In this document: positions 12,704 through 26,910 of the stretch, piece after piece
How positions within the stretch are numbered: position 1 is the first letter of the stretch
Layout of the letters: each line of letters opens with the position of its first letter
Assembly: GCA_951406725.2 (NCBI GenBank)
Contig: OX597827.1
Location: 64,852,001-64,916,000, forward strand
Length of the DNA stretch: 64,000 nt
Source of the DNA: Octopus vulgaris
Lineage: Eukaryota
Reading direction: 5' to 3'
Notes under the pieces: model-generated
Seen by the model: the letters and a program-made list of their open reading frames with translations, nothing else
What the model was told of the DNA's origin: nothing
Database searches by the model: none
Program-made: the position numbers and the translations under genes

Positions 12704-13379
12704 GATATATACAATTATAAACTATATAAAATATATTGTATTTTATGACATGTAATGCATAATATCATATAATATATGATAGACTTACAATACAACGTTG
12801 ATTTAAAGACCAAAACTGCAAAAAGATTTGTTCCCTAATGGCGGTAAATCTTGTGTTGATATCTCCGCCAAAACTACATTAACAGACTACATGTGACATG
12901 TATGGCTTCTCTCCAAAAGTTGCATTCATCTACATCCCATTCAAAGCATATTTTAAAATAAAAAGGCAAAAATCATTACAAGAACAATATTAAATAATGC
13001 ATTATTATTCGGGACTTAACTTAAAGCCTTCGACTTCTGTTTTACAAAAAATGGTCTCTAAATTATTTACCATCCTCTCCATGTTTCTTTGTTTTTTTTT
13101 TTTTTGCAAGGGGGATTTATAATTGAAAGTTATGACAAATGTTAAACTGAGGTTACACAGAAACATAATCCACTTAGTGCAGAACTAATCTTAATTTGAC
13201 TGGCTTTACTGAATCTAGTCAGACTCTCAAATACACACAAAGCCGCAGTTATGTCATTCGGTGCGATGCTATCTCGAAGAAAGGAAAAACAAGAAGATAT
13301 GCCATAGTATTCGCTCGGTAATATGGTAATGACAACGAAACAAAGAATGAAGGAGACAGAAAAGCAGAATGAAATAATG

Positions 13380-13437
<58 letters not shown>

Positions 13438-13788
13438 TGATGATGATAATAATAATAACAACAGTGAATATTGTAAGGAGTAAGTGGGTAGGTAATAAGA
13501 AGGCGAGTACCTGGAGCGAGAGCCTATCCTAAAGAATGACGCTCGTTAATAAGATTTGATAATATAAGCGGCAATGCGTCATAACAAATTTATTAAGAAT
13601 AGCTAAGTAGGCAGACAAGTGTTGTTCTGACTAACGGCAACTATTCAACTCAAAGACTCCATAAAGTGGATGTTTTTCCTTTACGTCTACGGTCATTGAG
13701 AAGTTCGATAGTATTAGCGTAAATAAAAATTCTAAAGTAGGTGAAAAATGGCGAAGAAAGAGAGTGATGAGTACACGGCCATTGTAAC

Positions 13789-13789
<1 letters not shown>

Positions 13790-13869
<80 letters not shown>

Positions 13870-13896
13870 CTTTATATATGTATATATATATATCTT

Positions 13897-13930
<34 letters not shown>

Positions 13931-13940
13931 TGTATGTACG

Positions 13941-14027
<87 letters not shown>

Positions 14028-14156
14028 AAAGAGCGAGAGGGGGAAAGAGGGAATACAAATTTACATACAAAAATTTCAAAGTGTCTTTGAAATCACTCTT
14101 TTATTCTTAGTTTTTCTCTCGCTCTCTTACTCCCTCATTCTGTGTGTGTGCGTGCG

Positions 14157-14215
<59 letters not shown>

Positions 14216-14712
14216 ATATGTGTTTGTATGCATATGTATATATATGTATGCATACATGTATTCTTATATACCTTTGCGTATATATATTTACACATACACA
14301 CGCATACACGCATATATATATATATATATATGTATGCATAGATTGATTGATTGATAGGTATCGGAACAGTATGTATGAGAAAGAAATACCAAAAGAGAGA
14401 ACTATATGAGACAGTGGAACTTGTATGTAAACGTGCACTCTGTGCTTGTTTATGTATGTATGTATGTATGTATGTATGTATGTATGTATGTATGTATGTA
14501 TGAATATATGTATGTATGAATATATGTATGAATGTATGCATGTATGTATGGATTATGAAAATATATATATGAATATATGTATGTATGAATATATGTATGT
14601 ATTTATGTATGTATGTATGTATGTATGTATGTATGAATATATGTATGTATGTACGAATATATGTATCTATGTATATATGTATGTATGTATGAATATATGT
14701 ATGTATGTACGA

Positions 14713-14745
<33 letters not shown>

Positions 14746-14763
14746 TGTATTTATCTATCTATC
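13790..14763. repeat. cluster of (TA)n, (TG)n and (TATG)n microsatellites
   Basis: Directly visible. Confidence 0.9.
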
Positions 14764-15401
14764 TGAAAATATATAATAAAATACATATAGATCTTCATTT
14801 CCCTCTCTCGCTGTCTCTAACTTCCTTTGTATGCCTATAAAGGCATTTTAAATCTCTCTCACGCCCTGTTTGTCTGTCTGTCTGTCTATATGTATGTATG
14901 TCTGTCTCTCTGTCTCTCCCTCTTTATATACATTTATATATGTATGTGTTTTTATGTGTGTTTGTTTGTGTGGCTGTCTATGTTTGTGTGGCACACACAA
15001 ACATACCCTCTAAACTCACACCCATACACATGAAATTTGTAACCAATACTTCAACGCATTCTTTACAATCTACGCACACGCGCTCCATACATGTATATTA
15101 TATTCAGATCAATCTAGAAAACACCGTCTATGTACGTAACTGCTTTAGCTAAATACCTAGCTACCTACACACCAATCTACATCATTATCTATTCATTAAA
15201 TCTAGAAATGTTGATCTAGTCTCTCAGTCTAGTAAGTTTGAACACTCTCTCAGCGTTGTATGAATACCAGAACCAAGGCCAGCGCTGAGTGTTATGCTTC
15301 AATCAGACGATTAAGTGCCCTACATTTAATCTATGTATTGTTGGTCTTCTTGGCCTTGAGGATAAGAGAAAGACAGCTAAGTAGTCATTAATACACTGTG
15401 T

Positions 15402-15623
15402 TTAATATTCTGACATTTAAACCCTCCAATCTGCTTCAAAATATTCTCTATATACTTCATGGTCGAACTGGCCAAATCATAGATCTCATACCTGGCCTAA
15501 TTGTCACGCTAAAAATAAACAATCATGTCCTCAAGATCTTGAAGCTGTGTAATAATTAGTTAAAAATAATATGAATAAATAAGCATTACATTTGATATAC
15601 TAACATGAATGCCAAATCGTTAA
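15402..15623. mobile_element. decayed piggyBac-like MITE
   Basis: Bounded by TTAA on both sides with eroded termini (..GACATTT / AATGCCAAATCGTTAA); assignment rests on recalled similarity to a common octopus TTAA-flanked repeat. Confidence 0.4.
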
Positions 15624-15854
15624 GATCATCACAGAGATAACCGCTCCTTGGCTAGAGTGAATATTTACCTTTAAATTTACTTTTACTTGTGAGATTTTTG
15701 TACATAGCTAACTGGTTGGCAACTTCATTGACTTGACGTACATTCCTCTTGTCATGTGACACAGCAAATGCAAGAATATCTCGATTTAAGTCGTTTCGAG
15801 TAACGTCCTTTTCGACTTAACATCATTTTCTTTAAAGAATTTAAATGGATAAAC

Positions 15855-16035
15855 TGAAACATCAAAGAGAAAAGAAGTGGAAGGAATAGGAGGAGATGGT
15901 TGTCAAACTTGACGAACTGGTTGGAAGAAAGAAGCAATAAGTATCAGGAAATTGAAAAGCTACGGATAACAAAGAGCAAAGAATTGCGGAAGGACATGAT
16001 CGCCTGTGTCCTACATTCTAGATATGGCACCGACA
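15855..16035 (+). mobile_element. RTE-clade LINE 3' fragment
   Basis: Translates as KRSGRNRRRWLSNLTNWLEERSNKYQEIEKLRITKSKELRKDMIACVLHSRYGT, typical of the RTE ORF C-terminus. Confidence 0.6.
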
Positions 16036-16355
16036 AGGAAAAAGTATGAAATGGAAAAAAAAAAACCTTAGATTCAGTCGATTTAGTCAACTTTATGTCG
16101 GTCGTAGCGAACATTTAAATGTATTTAAAAAAAAAAAGCATTTAAAAACCTATAATGAAGTGGAGACTCAAATGAAATACGTATGTCATTTATTAAAACA
16201 GATATAAGCTAACAATTTTTTCTTTAAAAATGCCTTTTTCGTGTTACAACCTTTTTCTAGTTAAGCTGCAAGTCTTGGAACCATTTACCGACGTATGTTT
16301 AACTACACCTGTATTTCAATTCATATACACATTCATATACACATTCACATATATG

Positions 16356-16706
16356 TGGAAGCACTTCGTCGGTTACGACGATGAGGGTTCTGGTTGATCC
16401 AAATCAACGGAACAGCCTGCTCGTGAAATTAACGTGTAAGTGGCTGAGCACTCCACAGACACGTGCACCCTTAACGTAGTTCTCGGGGATATTCAGCGTG
16501 ACACAGAGAGTGACAAGGCCGGCCCTTTGAAATACAGGTACAACAGAAACAGGAAGTAAGAGTGAGAGAAAGTTGTGGTGAAAGAGTACAGCAGGGATCA
16601 CCACCATCCCCTGCCGGAGCCTCGTGGAGCTGTTAGGTGTTTTCGCTCAATAAACACTCACAACGCCCGGTCTGAGAATCCCTAACCACTGGGCCATTGC
16701 GCCTCC
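16356..16706 (-). mobile_element. tRNA-derived SINE family C with a deletion in the tRNA head
   Basis: Near-identical reverse complement of 23852-24196; head GGAGGCGCAATGGCCCAGTGGTTAGG. Confidence 0.9.
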
Positions 16707-16789
16707 TCACATATATACAAAAGGATGAATACAGAGAGGGGAATCAATAGTTATTTAAACGTACATGCATTAGCGCGGGTATGCTTCAT

Positions 16790-17190
16790 AGGCAGAGGCT
16801 CGTTTGTGAGGTAAAGAAGCTTGTTTAACAATCACGTGGTATCCGGTTCAGTCCCAAAGTGGGAGAAATTCGATAAGTATTATTTTTTTTACTGTAGCAC
16901 CAGGCTGACCAATGACTTATGAATGAATTTTGCAGAGAGAAACGGTGTAGAAGTCCGTCATGTGTGTGTGTGTTTGTGTGTGTGTGTTTGCGTGTCTGTG
17001 TTTGTCCCCCCAGCATTGCTTGACAACCGATGCTGGTGTGTTTACGTCTCTGTAACTTAGCAAAAGAGACTGATAGAACAAGTACTAGACTTACAAAGCA
17101 CAAATCTTGCGGTCGATGTGCTCGACTAAAAGTGGTGCTCCAGCATGGCTGCAGTCAAATGAATGAAACAAGTAAAAGAATAAAAGAGTA
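16790..17190 (+). mobile_element. SINE family B, diverged
   Basis: CCGGTTCAGTCCCA..TGACAACCGATGCTGGTGTTTACGTC..GGTGCTCCAGCATGGCTGCAGTCAAATG with a TAAAAGA tail. Confidence 0.85.
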
Positions 17191-17194
17191 ATAT

Positions 17195-17602
17195 GTCATG
17201 CCAAGCATTTAATAGACTTTGAAGAGTGGAATTTCATTTTGAGCAAGAATGCTCTCCCATTACACTATATATCACCCCACTCAACTATTTAATGTGTGTA
17301 TGTGAGAGTGTGCAAAAAGGTAAATGTTTTGGCACTAAACCGATGGTAATCAAGGAATTGAAAGCGGCCATTGAGAAAAAATACGCAGAAATACCGAACG
17401 AAGAATTTCTCGATGTTTGCGGTTGTGTTGCCTTGCGTTATCAGTAGTGCCGGCACCAGAACACTCGCTGGTAGTAAAGTGGCCTTCATAAAACTGAGGA
17501 CACTTAATTCTGACTATAAATTCTGTAAAAGATTGAAAATGGTTCTGAATTTATAATCATATATTCATTCAATACGTGTATATATTTTTCGGGTACTCTG
17601 TA
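17195..17602 (+). mobile_element. mariner-like (rosa/maT-type) transposon 3' remnant
   Basis: FHFEQECSP (eroded FQQDGAP), ITPLNY (eroded LTPLDF), KP..IKELKAAIEKKYAEIP..RYQ*C; ends in a TIR-like TTTTCGGGTACTCTG-TA. Confidence 0.6.
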
Positions 17603-17670
17603 TATACATACATACGTACGTACATAAATACACACTCATACATTCGTACATACGAACTTACATGCATATA

Positions 17671-17710
<40 letters not shown>

Positions 17711-17740
17711 TATATGCATGTATGTATGTATTAATGTATG

Positions 17741-17806
<66 letters not shown>

Positions 17807-18369
17807 ATATTAATATTAGGGAAGTTATTTCCGAGTCCACAGGGGAAAGAAGTTAAATTTAGTGGTGCTAAAATGCATTATTCACTGTATTATATACATA
17901 TATATAGATAGGTTTAAGAGAACATTACCGTACAGATAAGTTAACATTTCTTTTTACTAACATTTCTTGTTCCTACTTTTATTCCACGTTTCTGTTCATT
18001 ATTTACTAAAGTAAAATTATTCCGACAACTTCTAGCTATATAATTTTAGTTTGTCATGTCTATATATAGGATGTAAATAGTAAAATAAGCTCATGTAAAC
18101 TAGACCTGAAGATTGGCAATATAATCGTTTTAATATAGTATTGTATTTCAAGACCTATTTCAGCAATATCGAGAAATTTATTGTCATGAAACGCGTGTAG
18201 TATATATAATGTAAAGTATATGATTTAGTATAAGAACTGAAGGTATTAATTTTGACAATTTTAATAATTAGTTCTAAATGTACCAACCGTGGATAATGTC
18301 GTTCAATGATGATTGAGTTGCTTGATAGTGATTCTGTCTCTTAAACCTATATATATATATATATATATA

Positions 18370-19983
18370 CACTGTATCTCGCAGAAGTATGTACCACCCT
18401 AAAAAAATTCAGTAAAATTGCCATTACTCTGATAACAGCGAAGAAAATCAAACGAAATTTATACTGAATAAAATACATTACGCCATCAAATATTATACAA
18501 ATTTGGAACACAAAACAATAAACATCTTCAAAGATATGAACGAAATATCAATTTTCAAACTATACAAAAATACGTACACCTTAAAGGAAATTTGCTGTAT
18601 TCAATATTTTATCCACTTTTTTATTATTAAATTCAGATATTGCTGATAATTTCAATTCTAATAATGTATTTCTCCAGGCATTTTCGCACCGGTCATTGTT
18701 ATTGCATCTGCAGGAATTCTGATTTGTGTATCGTGGTGAGAATCTTCTTCATTGTGATTAAAATTGCACCAAAAGGAAAAGAATTATATGAAGATTGCAG
18801 AAAATTATTCTAAATTTGCACAAGAATGGTTTAGGATACAAGTTAATGAGCAAGCGAATACTTATTAGCGTGAACACAGTTGCCAAAATAATTCAGAAGT
18901 ACAAAGCTACTGGACAGCTAAGCAATAGACATCGTCCAGGTCGCTCTTCTATTTTAACTGTGCATGATATTCGCCATATCCAACGTTGCGTGATGGACGA
19001 TAGGCGTCATACCGCTTCATCTTTGGCCCAATAAGTGTCTTCTGTTAGTGGAAAGAGTTTATCCGCTCAAACACTTCATTGATGTTTGAACCAGTTTGGT
19101 CTTCATGGACGCATTCCTTGTAGGGTGCCTCTCCTCACTACCAGGCAAAAATTAAGACGTCTTTCTTTTGCCGGAACCTATGTGAGTATGAGGAAGGAGT
19201 TTTGGAATAAAATTATTTTTTCTGAAGAGACTAAAATCAATTTGTTTGGGTCAGATGGTATTAAATGCGTATAATAGCGAGAAATGCACCGTGCCTACCG
19301 TTAAATACGGCGGTGGAAGAGTTGTGCTTTGGAGATGCGTGAGTGCGGCCGGTGTGGGAGGACTTAACATTTATTGAGAGAAGAATGGATTCAAGACTTT
19401 ATTGTGACATATTGCAGTAAGCAATGTTGAAAAGCATCAAGGAACTAGGAAGATGTTCTATGTTCCAACATGATAATGACACTAAACACTCTTTAAAAAT
19501 AACGACTAAGTCTTTGTCAGATAAAACGGCAAAGGTATTGCCTCGGCCTACAATGTCACCTTATTTAAACCCAATAGACCATCTGTGGGGTGTTTTGAAA
19601 AGGAAGGTGGAGGAGAAAAAGTCCCGTAATATAACACAGTTGAAAGACATCATTCAAGATGAATAGAGGTCGATTCCATTGGTTATATGCGGAAATTTAG
19701 TCGTCTCTATGCCCAGAAGACTTAATTCAGTCATTGGAAGCACGGACAGTCATACCAAATATTGAATATAGCAAATAATCCTTTAAGGTGTACATATTTT
19801 TGTATCTTTTCAAAATCAAAATCAATATTTCGCTTATTATTTTGTGTCCCAAATGTGTATAATGTTTGCATGTATAATATATTGTATTCAGTATGAATTT
19901 TGTTTGGTTCTCTTTAATATTATCAGAGTAATGATAATTTTACTGAAATTATTGAGGGGTGTACATGCTTTTTTGAGACACTG
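18370..19983 (+). mobile_element. full-length Tc1-like DD34E transposon with long IR/DR-type TIRs
   Basis: TIRs at ~18370-18608 and ~19758-19983, TA flanks inside (TA)n, and an internal transposase pseudogene. Confidence 0.95.
18763..19765 (+). pseudogene. Tc1 transposase pseudogene
   Basis: Paired-like HTH (GLGYK..ISVNTVAKIIQKYK..RPGR), IFSEETKINLFGSDG, TVKYGGG, FQHDND + 34 aa + SPYLNPIDHLW, C-terminal HTKY*; start codon mutated, several stops and frameshifts. Confidence 0.95.
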
Positions 19984-20036
19984 TATATATATATATATGA
20001 AATATCAAAGGGTTGAATATGCGGCAAATATACACA

Positions 20037-20153
<117 letters not shown>

Positions 20154-22109
20154 TGTATGTATATGTGTGTGTATGTATGTAGGTATGTGTGAAAGATAAT
20201 ATCAAAGGGTTGAAAGTGTGGCAGATTTATATAATGTGTGTGTGTATGTGTTAGAGAGAGAGAATATATAATATCACGTTTTACTTTTAAATCTCTGAAG
20301 TAAATATTTCTGTTATATTGATATATTTAAGAAAATAAATACAAAATTATGTTTTTACATGAAAGAGTTTTGAGATAAAGGTTTTACTGTAAAAATACTA
20401 CAGCACGTTTTCTCAAAGTGAGATTTTCAGGAAACGAAAAGAAAAAACAAAACAAAACAGAGGATAGCATTTTACTCAAAGGTTTATGTATAAAACAAGT
20501 TTTGCTGTATAAAATTTAGTGCATGGTTTATTGAAAGAGCTTTTACAGGAAAGTGAAAATCACATTTTACTGAACTTGTGGGTTCACAATAATTTTCAGC
20601 TTTTCAAAGTTGATTTTCAATGCAAAATTAGTCCGTATACACGCAATTGACCGTGAGAAATGCATTTTGCCAGCTCACTGCTTTATATAACGATAACTAG
20701 AACCTAGAAATATTTCGTCAGGTCGTGAGTTGGCTTCATGTATAAGTTTTTGCGTTGAGCCTTAGATAAAGGAATTTCATTCCACAATACTTTTGTATCC
20801 TCGGCTGCAATTGAGTACCAACTAGAGACCAACTATTGCTTTAGTAACCCCTTGCCATTCAGGCATCCTATTCAGAGAAAAACGGACACTTTTATTCACA
20901 GTCGACTAAACGACACAATATGCGGCTCCAGCCTAATGTCTTCGTAATTTTATTAACGCTCGACTAAACACATATCTTAAATGTATACCAAAACTACGTT
21001 CTCTTTTACATTGTGAAAGCTTTCATAGGAAGATGTTTATGAAACGAATGAACAGAATATAACGATAACTGGATCCTGGAAATGTGTTGCTTCGTCAAAT
21101 TTAAGCTTAGGTTTGCTTTTAACAGTAACGTATTTATTGAAGTTTCTAGAAACCAATCGTGTTCGCCAAACTACACGACTTATAAGTTATAATAATAAAA
21201 CATTACTAATAATATATATTGAAGAAAGACGGGGAAACGGTAGCAGAGGAATGACATTACACTCGATATTATTCATTTGCCTGCTCTAAGAAAGTAATAC
21301 AAAATTTATCAAAATGGCTTCACCAAAAATATCTTTAATTTTGTCTTGGATGTTTTTCCCTCCTGTGATTACTTTGATGTAACTATTGTATGTTGTAGCT
21401 AATTTGGTACTGTGTATAGCATAGGAATCTACGCATTTGTGAATTCATGCGCGTATATGTGTATGCGTTTAACGGTGTGTGATTAAGACACATTGCAATG
21501 TTTTACTTTCGTGTGAAGAATAACATTTCGTGTATTCAATTTATGAAGGATGTCCGAATGAAGAATGCATGCTTAGCTCAGTAAAGCTATTTTCGCAGTT
21601 TATGTAAATGTATGGCATCCGGAATTTTAAGTGTTTCCTCATGTTCTTCTTTCATATTCCTAACTGCCTTATCATTATATTGATTGGTTCTTCTTGTATT
21701 TCTCACCAATGTCTTATTTCTCTATTTCTTTCTCACTCTTTCAAAACAGCTCTCTATAAATTCACTCTACTATATTCCAGTATGTGCTACCTTCAGTATA
21801 TTCAGCATCATTTCTCGTTGTTTAACTTCCAAGTCGGTTCTGATATAGCTGGCCTATGATCGAAGACGTCGAAGATGTGAATATTTATTACATTTTCAGA
21901 TATGATGTATCTAGGAGCATATTACACTGTGCGTCTTTCAATTTAACACATCTTAAGCTACGATTTGAGATAGATAGAAGTGTTACTATTTTTATCCGCT
22001 TCAGGGGGGTTTCGCTTCAAAGACCCTCTAGAAATATTTCATCGTTATTTTTTTTTTTTGGTGTGTATTAAATTCTTGTAGCACTTAATATCTTTTCTAA
22101 ATTCGGATA

Positions 22110-22400
22110 TTCTTTTATTTGTGTCAATCGTCTGACTTTGAGCACCGTCTTTAGTCGAAGAAATCAACTCCAGGACTTATTCTTTGTAAGCTTAGTACTT
22201 ACTCAATCGGTCGTTTTTGCCGAAACACTACATTACAGAAACGTAAACACACCAACGTCGGTTGTCAAGCGACGGTGGGAAGACAAACTCACACACACGC
22301 ACAAATTCATGCATATATATTTATATATATACGACGGGCTTGTTTCAGTTTCCGTTTACCAAATCCGTTCACAAGGCTTTGGTTGGCCCCGGGCTATAGT
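22110..22400 (-). mobile_element. SINE family B lacking its head
   Basis: Colinear with family B up to GGCTATAGTA. Confidence 0.85.
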
Positions 22401-23211
22401 ACTGAAAAAATTATTATAAAAATATTTAAATATATCAATTTATACATCAAAATGGAAATATCATATTTATAAAACATAAAATTATCATGGCTTACGTGAA
22501 TAGTTTGTATTTTTTCTCATCTGAAAGAAACCTTGTGTCCCCTTAAATGATTGACGGGTGTTGTAAGAGTACATGTGTTGATAGTCGTGTTGTCAGGAGT
22601 ATTAGCCATGATCGTACGAAATACAACATGGTATACGATATATTTTTTTAATAATGCTAAAAGAGTAAGTAAAATACATTTCTCTATTTGTTACTGGTTT
22701 AAGCGAGGGAAGCCGGCATAATTTTAGAATAGAAACATGAACTTGTATTAAATGTCTCCCGTCGCTATAAAGAAATCCACATACATATAAAAGGCATAGA
22801 CAGATATATTGAGAAAGAGAGGGGAGAGAGGAGCATCGAGAAGAGGGGGACAGAGAGGAGAGAGTGAGCGGGAGAGAAAGACAGAGAGGAAAGAGTTAGA
22901 GGTTAACAGAAGGGAAGAGAGAAGGGGGAAGAAGAAAAGAGGAAGAGATTGAGAATGAAAGAGAAAAGAGTTTGTAGCAATCGTGGGACATTTATTACAC
23001 GTTAATTTTTGTCGTCTTTTCTTTCTTATTTCTGCTCTTACCGACTTTTTCTGTTCATAGCACCAAAATTTATATACCTTGTCAGTTCGTCTGTGTCAAA
23101 GATATACGGAAGTCCAATGGGGTTTCAATGGCCGTCAATATATGCATAAAATAAAGCAGAAAATTAAATGAATTTTAGTAATCCAATACCTTAGTCGTTA
23201 TTCTAGTTACC

Positions 23212-23579
23212 CTTTTACTCTTGGCCATGCTGGATCACCGCCTTTACTCCAGCAAATAGACCTCAGGACTTATTCTTTGTAAGCATAGTACTTATTTTAT
23301 TGGTTTCTTTTGTCGAACCACTAAGTTACAGGGGACGTAAACACACCAGCATCGGTTGCCAAGCGATGTTGGAGGACAAACACAGTCACGCAAACATACA
23401 CGCATATATATATACGACGGGCTTGTTTCAGTTTCCGTCTACCAAATCCACTCACAAGGCTTTAGTCGGCCCGAGGTTATAGTAGAAGACACTCGCCCAT
23501 GGTTCCACGCAGTGGGACTGAACCCGGAATCATGTGGTTGGTAAGCAAGCTACTTACCACATAGCCACTTCCACGCCTA
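23212..23579 (-). mobile_element. SINE family B
   Basis: GGCCATGCTGGATCACCGCC..CTACTTACCACATAGCCACTTCCACGCCT. Confidence 0.9.
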
Positions 23580-23851
23580 TAGTTGTCAAATAAAATAATA
23601 AATTATTTTACTGTATGGAAAGACCCCGGGTAGAAAACGTGTGATGATAAATAAGTCAACGTTGAATCAATACCGGCAGAGAGGCAACGCCAAAATGGCT
23701 GCGCCGAAACATCTCATACCTGTTCATCCGCTCTGTAGCATTTATAAAACCGCAGGTTGCTAATTACAAAAGATATGACGGCATATTGTTTTAGCTGAGC
23801 GACCGACCAATTGCTGTCTATCGCTACTGCGCTTGGGCGGTAGTGTCTGGT

Positions 23852-24196
23852 GGTCATAGGATCGCGGTTTCGATTCCTAGACCGGGCGTTGTGAGTGTTT
23901 ATTGAGCGAAAAACACCTAAAGCTCCACGTGGCTCCGGCAGGGGATGGTGGTGATCCCTGCCGTACTCTTTCACCACAACTTTCTCTCACTCTTACTTCC
24001 TGTTTCTGTTGTACCTGTATTTCAAAGGGCCGGTCTTGTCATTCTCTGTGTCACGCTGAATATCCCCGAGAACTACGTTAAGGGTACACGTGTCTGTGGA
24101 GTGCTCAGCCACTTACACGTTAATTTCACGAGCAGGCTGTTCTGTTGATTCGGATCAACCGGAACTCTCGTCGTCGTGACCGACGGAGTGCTTCCA
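23852..24196 (+). mobile_element. SINE family C, 5'-truncated
   Basis: GGATCGCGGTTTCGATTCC (B box) ..CTCGTCGTCGTGACCGACGGAGTGCTTCCA; matches 16356-16706. Confidence 0.9.
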
Positions 24197-24362
24197 TCCC
24201 ATTTCTTTCACTTCGCTGTTGTTATGGCAGCCATTATTGTCAGTCTTGTTATGGCTTGCTCATATTGTTGTGACGATATTCACATCATTCCATCTTTGCT
24301 GTTGTATCAATGTTGCTGTTATTTATATTTGTAACTGTTGTTGTTTTTTTCATCTATAACCA

Positions 24363-24393
<31 letters not shown>

Positions 24394-24504
24394 CTTATGG
24401 CAGGTGTTTTTGCATTGCTGCTGTCATTGTTTTTTTCTTTTTTCGTGTTGATGTTAATATTGTTATAGCTGAAGTACTTCAGATTCGTTACTGTTGCGAT
24501 TTTA

Positions 24505-24590
24505 GCCATTGTTGCTGCTGCTTATACTACCACTACCACCACCACTACTACTACTACTGCTGCTACTACTACTACTACAACAACTAATGT

Positions 24591-24638
<48 letters not shown>

Positions 24639-24894
24639 CACTACTTGTATCACCATCATCGTTACCTTCATCATTATTGTTATTATTACAATCATCATCA
24701 TCATCATTATTATTGCTATTATCATTATTATTATTGCTGCTGTTTTTTCTTCTTTTATGAGGTCAATTCTTCTTCTTCTTCTTCTTCTTCTTCTTCTTCT
24801 TTTTCTTCGTCTTCTTCTTTTTCTTCTTCTTCTTCTTCTTCTTCTTCTCCTTCTCCTTTTTCTTCGTATTTTTCTTCTTCTTTCCCCCTTCTTC

Positions 24895-24926
<32 letters not shown>

Positions 24927-25104
24927 CTTCTTCTCCTTCTCCTTTTTTTCGTATTGTTCTTCTTCTTTTCCCCCTTCTTCTACTTCTTCTTCTTCTTCTT
25001 CTTCTTCTCCTTTTTCTTCTTCTTCTACTTCTTCTTCTTCTTCTTCTACTTCTTCTCCTCTTCTTCCTCTTCTTCTTCTTCAACTTCTCCTTTTTCGTCT
25101 TCTT

Positions 25105-25144
<40 letters not shown>

Positions 25145-25285
25145 CTTTTCTCTTTCTTCTTCTCCTCCTCCTCCTTCTTCCTCTTCCTTTCCTTGCTCTT
25201 CTTCTTTCTCGTTGCCTTCTTCTCCTCTTCCACACCGTCCTCCAAATCCCCATCCCCTTCCTCCTCCTGCTCCCCCTCCTCATTC
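24505..25285. repeat. compound (CTA)n/(CAT)n/(CTT)n/(CTC)n microsatellite
   Basis: Directly visible. Confidence 0.9.
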
Positions 25286-26289
25286 TTGGTGCTGTCATTT
25301 TTCATAGCTATTTCCCTTTCTGTTGTAGTTGCCGTTCTCTTGTCGTTGTTACTTGTTGCTGTTGTTGTTATTTTTTGATAGCTACTGCTGATGAATACGA
25401 CACAACACCGGACACGGCCATCGCCGCCATCGCTATTACCATACGAATAACTCTGGCGTTTACATATTCATTATTTCAGCTAACTTCTCCGTCTTGGTTA
25501 TCACCGTTATACACTGGTGCTTCTGCTGTAAATGTCCCTCGTCTTCTTGCTATTCTTATTCCTGTTGTAGTAGCACTTGTTGTTATTGTTGTTGTTGTTG
25601 TTGTTGTTGTTGCTGATGCTGTTCATTTCTTTCTGAATGAAAAATCTTCATAAAAGTTTAATCCTTTATTGAAGAAACATGTCATATTTCTACATTAATC
25701 TTCAATTATTATATTTCAAAAACAGACTTTCTAGTATTACTCTTTTTATGTGATTATTTTATATATGTATATATATTATATTTTATTTTTTTTTCCGACT
25801 TAAAAAATAAATATTTATTAAATCTCATTGCGGTTCACGTCATAGCTCTATTTTATAATATTTTCTTTATTGCAAATATGTATTTTTGTTATATTTTTTA
25901 ACGTATTTTTTGTTGCTATTTTCCTTATTTTTGTTGATTTGGAAAAAAAAATTGTTGATTAATTTTCGCTATTTTTTTTCTTTAGAACTTTTCGTCTTTC
26001 CATTTTCATTTATGGTTTTTATTTATTAATTTATTTATATTTGAGTTACAATTGTTGATTCTGGTTACCAATTTTTATTGACGCTATCATCATAATCGTC
26101 AACTTCGTTGTCATTCACAACATTATCCTTACCCCACTTTGTCGTCGTCTTCTTCCTCCTCCTCCTCTTTCTCCTCCTCATCGTCATTACCATCATCAGT
26201 GTCATCGCTACTACCACCAGCACCTCCAGCATCATCACCATCCACACCAACTTAATATAACCACCACCACCACCACCACCACCACCACC

Positions 26290-26323
<34 letters not shown>

Positions 26324-26324
26324 T

Positions 26325-26533
26325 TATCTGATAAAATCGTTAGATCGCGGGACAAAACATTTAGATGCATTTCGTCCGTTTTTACGCTCTGAATTCAAAT
26401 TCTTCCCCGGTCGACTTTGCCTTCCGTCCGTCGGTTACGATAAAATAAGCACTAATTGAATACTGGGGATCGGTCTAAACAATTCTCCCCGCCTCTCCGA
26501 AATTGCTGGACCTGTGCCAAAATTTGAAACCAT
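26325..26533 (+). mobile_element. SINE family A, diverged short-tail variant
   Basis: CTCTGAATTCAAATTC..GTCGACTTTGCCTTCCGTCC..GATAAAATAAGCAC..GTGCCAAAATTTGAAACC followed by (CTT)n. Confidence 0.75.
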
Positions 26534-26796
26534 TCTTCTTCTTCTTCTTCTTCTTCTTCTTCTTCTTCTTCTTCTTCTTCTTCTTCTTCTTCTTCTTCTA
26601 CTCCTTCTTCTTCATCTTCTCCTCCCCCACCTCCCCCTTCTTCTTCTTCTTCTTCTTCTTCTTCTTCTTCTTCATCTCTCCTTCTTGTTCTTGTTCTTCT
26701 TGTTCTTGTTCTTCTTGTTCTTCTTGTTGTTGTTCTTCTTCTCCTCCTCCTCCTCCTCCTTCTGCTTCTTCCTCCTCCTCCTCTCCTCCTCCTCTT

Positions 26797-26832
<36 letters not shown>

Positions 26833-26866
26833 CTTCTTCTTCTTCTTCTTCTTCTTATTCTTCTTC

Positions 26867-26909
<43 letters not shown>

Positions 26910-26910
<1 letters not shown>

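Noticed and set aside
13249-13317. 69-nt AG..GT-bounded open segment (YVIRCDAISKKGKTRRYAIVFA)
   Set aside because: No polypyrimidine tract and no recognisable product
21600-21900. Possible CR1/L2 LINE remnant on the minus strand
   Set aside because: Similarity is too weak to call by eye
23685-23760. AAAATGGCTGCGCCG, a YY1-like or start-codon-like motif
   Set aside because: Isolated short motif with no supporting gene structure
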